A DNA stretch of 64,000 bases from an uncultured Chloroflexia bacterium (GCA_963734535.1 CAVTHS010000014.1:275654-339653), one strand, 5' to 3'; positions 1 through 10,050 are shown, counted from the stretch's first letter. Notes: generated from the letters alone by a model not told the origin. Program-made: numbers and translations.

Positions 1-1817
1 ACCATGTTCGAGATGCCCATCGCGAACGCCAGGCCAAGCGCGAGCGGCAGGTTGTTGGTCAGGCCCAGGCCGACCACCGCGAGGCCGTACACGGCGTAGC
101 CGCCGATCACCATCCGGCCCTTCGCGATCCGCGAACCCAGCAGGCCGATCACGAACCCGCCGAGCAGGTTGCCGACGCCGATCGCCGTCTCGATGAAGGC
201 GTAGGCGGCGGTCCAGTCGAGCGACCCGAGTCGCAGGACCACCTTCGCGTAGAGCGGCGTGAGCGCGATCGTCGCGCCGACCGTCAGCTGCCCCGCGACC
301 GCCTGCAGCGTGTTGGCGAAGAGGACGGGCTCGCGACGAAGGAATCGCCAGCCGGCGGACAGGTCGGCGCGGATCCCGGCCAGCCCGGGGACGGGGTCGG
401 CCGACCCAGCCGAGCGGACCACCGGCGGGATCACCACCACCATCACCAGGAGGGCCGACGCGACATACGACACGGAGTCGAGCCAGAACGCCAGCGGCAG
501 CGCGCTCCCGAGGAACGCCACGAACAGCCCCGCGAAGGGATAGCCGATGACGTCGGCCAGGGTCTCGTTGAGCCATGTCGCGGCGTTCGCCGACACGAGC
601 TCATCCTCGTGCACGACCCTCGGCAGGACGGCCGTCCGGGCCGGCCGGAAGAAGATCGAGACGGTCGTCAGGAGGAAGACCAGCGGGTAGGCCAGCACGA
701 CGCTCACGCCGACGCCCGCGGGAATGAGCACGACGATCCCCGCGCGAATGAGGTCGCTCGCGATCAGGACGTGCTTCTGGTTCCAGCGGTCGACCAGGAC
801 GCCCGCGAGCGGTCCGAAGAGGAGGTTCGGCAGCGTCGCCGCAACGAACGTCAGGGCGCCCGCGATCGCCGAGTTCGTGGTCCCGTAGACAAGCGCCGCC
901 AGCGCCACCTGGTGGATCCGGTCGCCGAAGAGGCTGATCACCTGCCCCGTCTGCAGCGCGGAGAAGGATCCGTTGACTGCGAGCCGAACGTACGGGTGAT
1001 GGCGCGCCCGGATCGCGACCGTCCGGAGGACGCCGGGCAGGAGCGGTGCCGTGACGCCGCCCGACGACATCGGCGCCGGTGTTGCCAGCCCCGCGCCCGA
1101 GCCGCCCAGGATCATCGGCCGCTCCAGCGCAGCGATGCCAACCAGGCTCGCCGCGAGGCCGGTCCCTGCGCGCACGCCGCCCGTCTGCTCGGAGCCGGGC
1201 GATCCGGCCAGGACCACCGGCTGGCTCGGGTCGGCGCTTCGGAGCGTGCGGCCGTCCGACCCGACCTCGTCCGCGTGACGCACCATGCCCGCGAACAGGA
1301 AGAACCCGAGTCCGACGTCGAGGATCACGTCGCCGATCGAGAGAACATTGCGCAGGAACGGCAGCGGAACCGGGATCACGTCGCCCAGCGGGCCCGCCGA
1401 CCACATGAAGGCGGCGTCCAGGCTCGCCGGCAGGATCACGTGGATGGGCGAGAGGACGTCCGCCCGGCCGAACCCGGCCGCGACGAGGCTCGGTTCCCAG
1501 ATTGGCATGAAGCCGCCGTTCACCAGGATCGCCGTGGCGTTGAGCCCGATCCCGACGAGCGCCAGGCTCATGCCCGGCCTCGCCCGGTTCGCCCACAGCC
1601 CGATGGCAAGGACGCCATAGGCGGCGGCAAGAAGCGGAACCCGCAGCGTCTCGGCGATGGCGACGTCCCGGCCCAGCGCCGCCTCGGTACCCAGGCGAAG
1701 GGCGAGCGCGCCGAAGATCACGAGCGGCCAGCGGAGGCGGATCGAGATGAGGTTGTCGATGCGGCCGCCGACCGCGAACCCCGCGACCAGCCCGATGATC
1801 AGCCCCGCGATCAGCAC
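1..1817 (-). CDS. DUF5317-like membrane domain fused to an MFS transporter (3' end beyond window edge)
   Basis: Manual translation from GTG at 1817: MLIAGLIIGLVAGFAVGGRIDNLISIRLRW...LNATAILVNGGFMP...LGDVIPVP...SIGDVI, a linker, then MFS motifs GQVISLFGDRIHQVAL and GPLAGVLVDRWNQK. The frame at position 3 matches the start frame. Start overlaps the HD-GYP stop (GTGCTGA). Confidence 0.8.
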   Translation of the reverse strand, partial: MLIAGLIIGLVAGFAVGGRIDNLISIRLRWPLVIFGALALRLGTEAALGRDVAIAETLRVPLLAAAYGVLAIGLWANRARPGMSLALVGIGLNATAILVNGGFMPIWEPSLVAAGFGRADVLSPIHVILPASLDAAFMWSAGPLGDVIPVPLPFLRNVLSIGDVILDVGLGFFLFAGMVRHADEVGSDGRTLRSADPSQPVVLAGSPGSEQTGGVRAGTGLAASLVGIAALERPMILGGSGAGLATPAPMSSGGVTAPLLPGVLRTVAIRARHHPYVRLAVNGSFSALQTGQVISLFGDRIHQVALAALVYGTTNSAIAGALTFVAATLPNLLFGPLAGVLVDRWNQKHVLIASDLIRAGIVVLIPAGVGVSVVLAYPLVFLLTTVSIFFRPARTAVLPRVVHEDELVSANAATWLNETLADVIGYPFAGLFVAFLGSALPLAFWLDSVSYVASALLVMVVVIPPVVRSAGSADPVPGLAGIRADLSAGWRFLRREPVLFANTLQAVAGQLTVGATIALTPLYAKVVLRLGSLDWTAAYAFIETAIGVGNLLGGFVIGLLGSRIAKGRMVIGGYAVYGLAVVGLGLTNNLPLALGLAFAMGISNM

Positions 1818-3232
1818 GGCTGGGCGGGGGTCAGGAAGCGTCCGTGGGTGGGCCGCCCGGCGCAGCCGGCGGAATCATCCGCGCCGCGGCCTGGGCGAGG
1901 AGCGGGACAGGTCGCGACTCGGTCGGGCGCCCGGGCGTCTGCCACGTCCTTGGCCCACGACGTGCGCACGAACGCGTCGACCATCACCGGATCGAACTGG
2001 ACGCCCGCGTACTTGCGCAGCTCCGCGAGTGCCTGCTCGCGCGACAACGGCCGCATCCGATACGGGCGCGCCGACGTCATCGCCTCGAACGCGTCGGCCA
2101 CGTGGAGCACGCGCGCCAGCTTGGGGATCTCGTCGCCCATGAGCCGATCCGGGTACCCGGAGCCGTTGTACCACTCGTGGTGGTGCCGGATGATCGGCAG
2201 CTCCGGGGCCAGCTTCCCGACGTGGGCAATGATGTTGGCCCCGATCACCGGGTGCCGGTTCATGAGCGCCCGCTCGTCCCGCGTCAGCTTGTCCTGCTTG
2301 AGCAGCACGCTGTCCGGCACCCCGATCTTGCCGATGTCGTGCAGCAGCCCGCCCCACTCGAGGGCCTGGATCTCGTCGTCCTTCAACCGCATCACGTGCC
2401 CCATGTCCACCGAGATCAGCTGCACGCGCTCGCTGTGACCGGACGTGAAGGTATCCCTCGCATCGACTGCCTGCGCGAGTGCCCCGATGGTCTGCGTGAA
2501 CATCTCCTGCACTTCGACGACTTGACGAAGTGCGACTCGCATGATGTAGATGGGCAGGACGCGAAGAAGAGAGTTGCCCACCATCCGACCTCGAGAGGCG
2601 ATAGATCTGCGTCATCAGCCAAGCCAGGGGAGCGAGTGCAACCCTGTCGCGAAGAACGTCGGTCGATCCCCGAGCAAGACCGTTCTGGTCGATTGCTGCG
2701 TTCGAAGGGCGACCGTTATTGATGTGAAGCTCACGTTGAGCGCAAAGAACACAGACGCAGCCCGGCGAGCGTCGATACGAAGTCGCCGGCCGGAGCGGTT
2801 GATCCCGACGCCCGAGTTCCGTCAGGACGATCTGACGCCCGAACGTCCCGCTGCGATCGCAGGAACAACAAGTCCCGCGTGGTTGGCAAGGGTTCCGTAC
2901 CACGGGACCCGACCCGAGTCTCCCGATACTCCTTGTCCCGATGGCGCGACGATCGCAGCCTGCGGCCTGGTCCTCCCAGACTCATCGCGGCGACGATTGG
3001 CGCGATCGACGTGTTGATGAGCGTAGCCCCGCGCCATCGGACTGGCAGAGCCGAGGCTAGGAGGGTCAGCCCCGTCCAGAAGACGATCCCGGCGAGGACG
3101 TCGATTGTCTCGGAGCCAAACAGGTCCAGCCGAATCTGCTATCTGACAGGAATCACGACGACTCGTGACGACTAGCACAAGGTGCGCCGACCGTCACGAG
3201 CTCGCAATGTAGATGCTGAGGCTCTTAGGCAT
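1811..3232 (-). CDS. HD-GYP cyclic-dinucleotide phosphodiesterase with N-terminal multi-TM sensor region (5' part frameshifted)
   Basis: ORF 1811-2584 has LLHDIGK and HHEWYNGSGYP. Upstream hydrophobic fragments lie in shifting frames back to ATG 3232 (MPKSLSIYIA), preceded by GAAGGGA. Confidence 0.8.
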
Positions 3233-3310
3233 CCGATCCCTTCAGGCGACCGTCGGCTGTCCTTGGACTGTAGACGTACCCGGACGAGCCGGAAGGTGAG
3301 ACAGAAGTAC

Positions 3311-3400
3311 CTAGAACCCCTTCAGTGATGCTCCCCCAGCAATAACGGCCGCGCCGATAGGCCGACGGTACCGCGAGGAGGGCGCAGTCCGAGTCTTCAT
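3311..3400 (-). CDS. 29-aa putative signalling peptide precursor MKTRTAPSSRYRRPIGAAVIAGGASLKGF
   Basis: Manual translation ATG..TAG. Basic N-terminus, hydrophobic/Gly-Ala C-half, aromatic C-terminus. The middle may be distorted by compensating indels. Confidence 0.65.
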   Translation of the reverse strand: MKTRTAPSSRYRRPIGAAVIAGGASLKGF

Positions 3401-3430
3401 CACTGGAGACCTAGCTCCCGTCCCCTGCCG

Positions 3431-3463
3431 TCAGAAGCCCTTGGAACCGAACTCGGGACCCAT
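3431..3463 (-). CDS. 10-aa micro-ORF MGPEFGSKGF
   Basis: ATG..TGA with GGAGG (3471-3475) 7 nt upstream; same KGF C-terminus as the adjacent peptide. Confidence 0.55.
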   Translation of the reverse strand: MGPEFGSKGF

Positions 3464-3614
3464 CGTGTGCCCTCCAATGGGTTTCCGTGCCCCCGCGAAA
3501 TCACGAAAACCGACCTAACAGATTGGTCGGTCGGTTGCACTAGTCGCTCCACCTCCCCCCTAAGTGCCCATTTCGGGAGGAGGTATCAGCGCGTCCGCTT
3601 GTTCACTTTGCTTC

Positions 3615-3632
3615 CTAGTACCGCGGTACTAG
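3615..3632. promoter_or_regulatory. perfect 18-bp palindrome CTAGTACCGCGGTACTAG, candidate operator
   Basis: Self-complementary; intergenic between the regulator 3' end and the peptide ORFs. Confidence 0.4.
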
Positions 3633-3691
3633 TCGGCGAACCGGACTTTAGGCTGCTGCGCGAGCAACGGTCAATACCGAACCCTCCCTAT

Positions 3692-6600
3692 CTAGCCCAA
3701 GAGATCCTCAAGGTGAGGCGGATCAAGGCCGAGGTCCCGCTGACCCAGTGAGTAGTGTCCGTACTGTTCGGCCGCGGCAGCGTAGGCGCCGACCAAGGTA
3801 TAGAGCCGTATCACGGTCTTCTCGACCTCGTCGAGTTGCGGGTCAATCTCAATGGCCCGCTGAGCGAGGCGCATCGCACGATCGATCTGACCAGTGTCTG
3901 CATCGTGCGTCGACCGCGCGCTCCACGATCTCGAGGTATCTCGCGTGCATCGATGCTCTCGGATCGGGGCCGCCCATTCTTCGTAGGTGAAGTCGAGGGC
4001 GAATCGTCCCGAGTAGATCTGTGACACGCGATCGGCCTGGGCCGGGGTCGCGAGAGCGCCGATCGACGCTGCAATACGTCGATACTCATGGCTTCTGCTC
4101 GTAACTAGGTCGGAGTCTAGCCACAGCACATCGGGGTCGTGATGCAGATACCCGGGGCTCAAGTCCTCCGACGTAGTCGGGCTCGAATACGCGACGGAGG
4201 AAGTAGACGGTCTGGTGCAGTGAGTTGGCGGCCTGCTCCGGATCCTGATCCGGCCACAGCGCGTCAAGTACCTGGTCCCGCGTTGCCGACATCTTTGGCT
4301 GAGCTAACAGGAAGCAAAGGAGCGCAAGAGCCTTCCGGCGGATCGTCGTCCCCGGTATCTCCATCGAACCAACCCAGATAACCAATCCGGCCGAGATCGT
4401 CGACATAGACCAAGTCGGCAACTCGACGGGCGAGCGACTTACCGAAGTCTGGATGACGGAGTTGTCCCTTGGACTCCTTCGAAGCCAGCCGGAGTAGGCG
4501 AACGTCCTCTTTGGTCCCGATTACCTCCAGGAGGCGGGCGGCTTGCCATCGCTCTCGGCCTCCTGGAGCTGCAACGAGAATGCGAATTGGCGATTCGCCA
4601 GCGACGCGGGCGTGACTCAGCCTCTGCAGCGGACGACGTCGATCGCAGCGTCGGACAGGTCGGCGATCCTCCGGAGCACTGCCTCTGCCCGAACGCTCAA
4701 GAGCGCGCGATCGCGGAGCCCGATGGCGCTGACGATCGCCGACGCTTCGTCCGGCGTGGCAGATAGTCCACGCAACAGCGATGCGTCGATAAGGCGACCC
4801 AGCGCGCTGCTTGCCGCCGGGCTAACGTTTCGAGCGCTAGTCGAGACGCGGGATCAACCGTTCCGAATGCGAGAACTCGCGAATTCAGTGCGCCAGCAGA
4901 CGCTGGACGTGGAAGGCGGGGTATCCCGTCAGGACTCCGCAGGCATTCGGCGGATATGTGAGCCCGCGTCGCCTCGCCCACCTCACCAGGTCTTCCAGCC
5001 GCGAGAGCTGTCTCCGGTGAGAAGCTGGAAGCACTCCAGGGAGGCATCTGGAGCACCCAGAAGGTCGGCCTCCGCAGCAGTCTGAGAGGCGCGCGTCCGG
5101 ATCGTCGTAGGCTCCAATGATCTCGGCGCCCTCGACGAGGCTCTCAAATCGCGTCCCGGCTCTCGCTGCCTCGAGCGAGTGTCACGTCCAGCTTCGCCTC
5201 CGCCTCGACCCAATCGCCGTCGTGGGCAAGGGCCCAAGCCTACAGTGTCTGCACCGACGATATTTCCGTTCCCGCGGAGGAGCGGCTAAGCGCATCCACG
5301 GCGCCAGCCGCCCGCGTCGCGGGTTGCGTGCACGTCGCCTCGAGCACGCAACATCCACGCGGCATTCAAGAGCGAGATGCCTTGGTAGTGCCAGTAGCCC
5401 CGCCGCTCGAATCGGGTTGCGAGGTCCGCGATAGGCATGGATCGACACCGCCGAGGTCTCCGTCGACGGGAATGATTCGAGCCAAGTCATGGCATCCGCG
5501 AGGGTGGCGATCGCTCGCCGGTTCTTCCGACAGAGATCGCGCCGCCCAGCGAACGGCGCGTTCGTAGGTCGCCTACCCCATAAGACGCGTTCATCATTGA
5601 CCCCATCGCGATAGCAACGGTCATGCGACCGGTCGCTTCCTCCGACGACACGATCGATGGCACCTGCGGCAGCCGCGGCTGCTCCGGCCGGATCACCGGC
5701 ACGGAGTCGTCCTGATGCCACTATCACGTCGTGCCAGGCGCCGAGGGTGGCGGGGTCGAGATGGGAGGCGAGCTGCTCGGCGTCCTTGTAGGCGCCGGAG
5801 CCGAGGATGACGGGGACTGCCGCCGAGAGGACTCGGACGGCGTCGTCGGCCAGGTCGGCGGCGGCGAAGTGGTACGCCGCGACCGACCACGAGGCAGGCT
5901 CCGCGGCGCGCGCGATGCGGGCGTGGATCTGGCGGACCGCGATCGCCCCGACGGCGTCGTGCAGCCGGCCCTCCAGGAACGTCCGGACGAGCGGGTGGAA
6001 GAGGCGTCCGGCCTGCCCGGTTCGGCCGCGTCGCGACAGGAGACCCGCACCCTCGGCGGCGTCGAGGAAGCCGCGAGCGGCCTCCGGGGTGACCTCGGCG
6101 GCCGCGGACGCGAGCTCCGGCGTGACGACGGCCAGCAGGCAGCTCCGCTCGACGAAATCCTGGGCGGCACGTGGCATGCGCCCGACGACCTCCTCGGCAA
6201 GGTAGTCGTGCAGGTCGCCCTGCCGACCGGACAGGCCGCGGATGACGGTCCGAACCTCGTCGCGCGGCCGCCCGCGGACCACGGACTCGACGAGCCGCAG
6301 CGTGGCCGCCCATCCCTCGGTGGTGCGGGCGAGGTCGTCGAGGAGGTCGCGCTCGAGCGGGTCGTGGTAGGTGTCCCGGAAGAGGCGCTCCGTCTCGTCG
6401 CGGTCGAATCGCAGGTCGTCGGTGCCGATCTCGGCCGCTTCGCCGATTGCGCGGAGGCGGGCGAGGGGGAGCGTTGGCCGCGTCCGCGAGGCGATGACGA
6501 CCGCCAGCCGGTCGGGACCGCGGACCACGAGCTCACGGACGATCTCGCGGATCTCCGGGACGTCGTCCACCTGCTGGTAGTCGTCGAGGACCAGCGCCGT

Positions 6601-7179
6601 GCCGACCACCGCCCAGGCACGAAGCTCCGCCAGGAGTGTCCTGACGATCGCGCTCCGGTTGTCGAGGGTCGCCGCGAGCTCGCGCAGGAGGCCTGCCGTG
6701 TTCGGGGCGAACTCCGGATCGATCTCGCGACCGGCGGCGACGATGTGATGGATGAACACGGCCCAGTCGCGGTCGTGCTCGTCCAGGCGATACCAGAGCG
6801 TGCGCACGCGGGTACGCCGGCTCCAGTCCGCGAGGAGCGTGGTCTTCCCATAGCCCGGCTCGGCGATGACGAGGGCGAGCCGGGACCGCGTCTTCGCGTG
6901 CAGCCAGTCGATCAGCCGGTCGCGCCGGAGCGTCTCCTCCGGGAGCATGGGCGGCTGGATCTTGCCGATCTGGACCGGATAGCCGAAGACTTCCACGTCG
7001 TCCTGCTGGGCAGCGCTCGGAGTCCGATGCGAGACGGGACCCGGCCCAACCGGGACGAGGCGTGTCGGGACCGTCTGCGGATCACGGGCGAGCGGGTGTG
7101 CCGACCACCGACCGCCCACCTGGGCGTGGGCGGGGGTCAGGGAAGCCGGGCCGGGAGCCGGGGAAGCCATCGCGGCCAT
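3692..7179 (-). CDS. MalT-like STAND ATPase transcriptional regulator with TPR-like middle and C-terminal wHTH/BTAD; 3' half fragmented by frameshifts
   Basis: KIQPPMLP..RDRL, Walker A AEPGYGKTT, LVLDDYQ, TEGWAATLRL, DYLAEEV in 5182-7179. KALALLCFLL..TRDQVLDALWP..NSLHQTVYFLRR in 4086-4421. YSGRFALDFTYEEW..AIEIDPQLDE in 3692-4267. Confidence 0.8.
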
Positions 7180-7273
7180 CGTGCCGCGAAGTCCTCACCG
7201 GCGGCTTATCTGGACCGTCGCCGGGCCTCTCCCGCCCCTGGGGCGGTTCGCGCTCGCGCGCGGCGTATGCGTC

Positions 7274-7480
7274 TCAGGCGCCCTCGTACTCGAAGCCGAT
7301 CTTGAGATCGACGCGGTACTCGACGATCTCCCCGTTCTCGACCGCGGCGGTCGACTTGACGACCTCGACCGTCCGGATGTTCCGGACGGTCCGAGAGGCG
7401 GTCGCCACGGCCTGCCGCGCGGCGTCGCTCCACGATTTCGGGCTCGTCCCGACCATCTCCCGGATGATGATCACGCCCAT
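7274..7480 (-). CDS. dodecin family flavin-binding protein
   Basis: 68 aa, VGTSPKSWSDAA...GEIVEYRVDLKIGF pattern. Confidence 0.9.
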   Translation of the reverse strand: MGVIIIREMVGTSPKSWSDAARQAVATASRTVRNIRTVEVVKSTAAVENGEIVEYRVDLKIGFEYEGA

Positions 7481-7602
7481 TCGTGCCCTCCGTGCCCCAA
7501 TCGCTGCGGTGCGCGGGGTCCCGCGACCGAGGACGGAAGTCTATGCGCGCCGGCTACGGCGGTGCGCCCCGCGTGCGACGGGCACCGGGTCAACGGAGCC
7601 GC

Positions 7603-8961
7603 TTACGGGGCCGCGCCCGCGTAGCGCTCGCCGGCATAGCTGACGAAGCGCGTCTGGCTCTTCTTGAACCAGAGGTCAACCTCGCCGGTGGGGCCGTTGC
7701 GGTGCTTGGCAAGCCGGAGCTTGACGACCTCGCCGTCCGCATCCTGGTCCTCGCCCCGCTCCTTCTCGCGCCACAGGAACACGACCAGGTCTGCGTCCTG
7801 CTCGATTGCGCCCGACTCGCGGAGGTCGGAGAGCCGGGGCTCCTTCGACTCGCGCATCTCGGGCTGGCGCGACAGCTGCGAGAGCGCGACGACGGGAACG
7901 CGAAGCTCGCGGGCGAGCGCCTTCAACCCGCGGCTGATCTCCGAGACTTCCTGGACGCGGTTCGAATCGCGCGCGGTGGATGACGCCTGCATGAGCTGGA
8001 GGTAGTCCACGATCACGAGGTCGAGGCCGACCTCCGCCTGCAGCCGCCGGGCCTTCGTGCGCAGCTCCATGGTGCTGATGTTCGGCGTGTCGTCGATGTA
8101 GATCGGCGCTTCGGACAGGCCGGTCATGGCCTTGGAGACGCCCACGAAGTCCATCTCGTCGAGGAAGCCCGTGCGCAGACGCTGGCTGTCGATGTTCCCG
8201 ACCGAGCTGAGAAGCCGGAGAACGAGCTGCTCCTTGCTCATCTCCAGGCTGAAGATCCCCACGCTCTTGCGGGGCGTGTTGCTGATCGCGGCGAACTCCG
8301 CGATGTTCAGGGCGAGGCTGGTCTTGCCCACGGATGGGCGAGCGGCGATCACGACGAGGTCCGACGGCTGCAGGCCGGTGGTGAGCGTGTCGAGGTCCGC
8401 GAAGCCCGTCCGGATGCCGCTGATCTCGCCGCGGTGGGTGTGCAGGTAGTCGAGCCGGTCGAACGCCTCGTGGAGGAGCGTCCGGAGCGGGCTGAACCCG
8501 GCGGCAACGCGGCGCTCCGAGACGGCGAAGAGCTCCGACTCGGCGCGGTCGATCGCTTCCTGGACTTCCGGCCCGTCCTCGTAGCCGATCCCGGCGATCT
8601 TTCCGGCCGCCGCGATCAGGTTTCGCAGCACGGACTTGCGTTCGACGATCCGGGCGTACTGGGCGGCGAAGACGGCGGTGGGGGTCTGCTCGGAGAGCGA
8701 CGAGAGGTACGCACGGCCGCCGATCTGCTCGAGGTCCCCGGCTCGCTCGAGCGCCTCGGCGACCGTGATGATGTCGATCGGCTCACGGCGCTCCCAGAGC
8801 TCCACCATCGACGCGTAGATGCGGCCGTGGGCCTGGCGGTAGAAATCGTCCGGGTGGACGATGTCGGCGACCTCGATGATCGCGTCGCGATCGATGAGGA
8901 GCGCTCCGAGGACGGACTGCTCGGCTTCGATGCTCTGGGGTGGAAGGCGGTCGAGGGACAC
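7603..8961 (-). CDS. dnaB: replicative DNA helicase
   Basis: PPQSIEAEQSVLG, AARPSVGKT, VDYLQLM, SQLSR, DLRESGAIEQDAD, AKHRNGPTG; no intein. Confidence 0.98.
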   Translation of the reverse strand: MSLDRLPPQSIEAEQSVLGALLIDRDAIIEVADIVHPDDFYRQAHGRIYASMVELWERREPIDIITVAEALERAGDLEQIGGRAYLSSLSEQTPTAVFAAQYARIVERKSVLRNLIAAAGKIAGIGYEDGPEVQEAIDRAESELFAVSERRVAAGFSPLRTLLHEAFDRLDYLHTHRGEISGIRTGFADLDTLTTGLQPSDLVVIAARPSVGKTSLALNIAEFAAISNTPRKSVGIFSLEMSKEQLVLRLLSSVGNIDSQRLRTGFLDEMDFVGVSKAMTGLSEAPIYIDDTPNISTMELRTKARRLQAEVGLDLVIVDYLQLMQASSTARDSNRVQEVSEISRGLKALARELRVPVVALSQLSRQPEMRESKEPRLSDLRESGAIEQDADLVVFLWREKERGEDQDADGEVVKLRLAKHRNGPTGEVDLWFKKSQTRFVSYAGERYAGAAP

Positions 8962-9200
8962 GCGGACTCCGACGCTAGGGGCAGGAACCGGTCAATCGTG
9001 GCGGACGGACGGTGCTGACGCCACGGGGATGTCCACGAAGTGGCGGTGATATCCCCATTCAGCCGGGGCGGGTGGCGGGAAGCGTGGAAAGGGTGTGGAC
9101 GGCTTCTCCAGGGTGAGTCGAACCGCCTGCGTGCGTCAGGCAGCTGGCCGTGCGGGCGGTAGTCGGGCGCCGGGCGGCAGCCCGCCGGCGAGTCAGTCTG

Positions 9201-9851
9201 TCAGTCGAGGCGGCGGATCACCCCGATGAGCTTGCCCTGGATTCGGACGGCCTCGTAGTACTGCGGCGGATATGCGGGATTCGCAGGCTGGAGCCGGACG
9301 CGGCCGTCCTCCTTGAAGAACCGCTTGAGCGTGACCGCGTTCTCCTCGACCTGGGCGACGACGATGTCCCCGTTCCGGGCCGTCTGCTGGGGACGGATCA
9401 CGACGTAGTCCCCGTCCGCGATCAGCGCCTCGATCATCGAATCCCCGCGGACCCGAAGCAGGTAGGCGTCCCCGGAAGGGGCGAGCATCTCGGGCACCGC
9501 CTGGTAGTCGCCGACCACCTGGTAGGCCTCGATAGGACCGCCCGCGGCGATCTCGCCGATCACCGGCAGCATGTGCGCCTCACGGGCAGCGGACTGGGGA
9601 GTCAGCTCCGTGGAGAGCCCGAGCGCGATGGCCGCCTTCGGCGTGAAGCGAAGCATCCGGCTCTGGGCAGCACCGCGCTCCAGGTACCCGTCCTCCTCGA
9701 GCGCCTTGAGGTGGTGATGGACGGCCGAGGTGGACGCAAGGCCGACGGCGCGCGCGATCTCGCGGACAGATGGGGGAACGCCAGTCGACCGGATCATCGC
9801 GGCAATGTAGTCGAGGATCTTCCGCTTCCGTTCCGCGTCGTGCTTGGTCAC
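9201..9851 (-). CDS. lexA: SOS repressor LexA
   Basis: PPSVREIA HTH, IAAG cleavage site, GDSM Ser and TLKR Lys dyad. Confidence 0.97.
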   Translation of the reverse strand: MTKHDAERKRKILDYIAAMIRSTGVPPSVREIARAVGLASTSAVHHHLKALEEDGYLERGAAQSRMLRFTPKAAIALGLSTELTPQSAAREAHMLPVIGEIAAGGPIEAYQVVGDYQAVPEMLAPSGDAYLLRVRGDSMIEALIADGDYVVIRPQQTARNGDIVVAQVEENAVTLKRFFKEDGRVRLQPANPAYPPQYYEAVRIQGKLIGVIRRLD

Positions 9852-9878
9852 GCGAGCTCCTTTTCGACCATCGGGGGC

Positions 9879-9907
9879 ATCCTACCGAACGCCCGTTCGA
9901 TTGTCAA
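9879..9907 (-). promoter_or_regulatory. lexA promoter TTGACA-N17-TAGGAT with SOS box CGAACGCCCGTTCG (9886-9899) in the spacer
   Basis: Direct match to sigma70 hexamers and the Gram-positive-type GAAC-N4-GTTC box. Confidence 0.88.
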
Positions 9908-10050
9908 GGCGCTTCGCACCGACGCGTGGTCGAGCCACGCCATCCGGGCCCGGCGCCCCACTCGGCCGCGGGCCCATACCATTCGGCACTGGCGACGGCC
10001 GGTGGTTGCGCCGATGATCCGGTTCTCTCCGCACGTCCAGGGAGACTGCC

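Noticed and set aside
609-2438. Long + strand ORF (609 aa) and the many similar Arg/Pro-rich long ORFs elsewhere (e.g. 21036-23789, 32446-34632)
   Set aside because: Antisense or off-frame shadows of real genes, expected at high GC; no recognisable motifs.
7603-8961. Intein in DnaB
   Set aside because: Normal 452-aa length with contiguous motifs.
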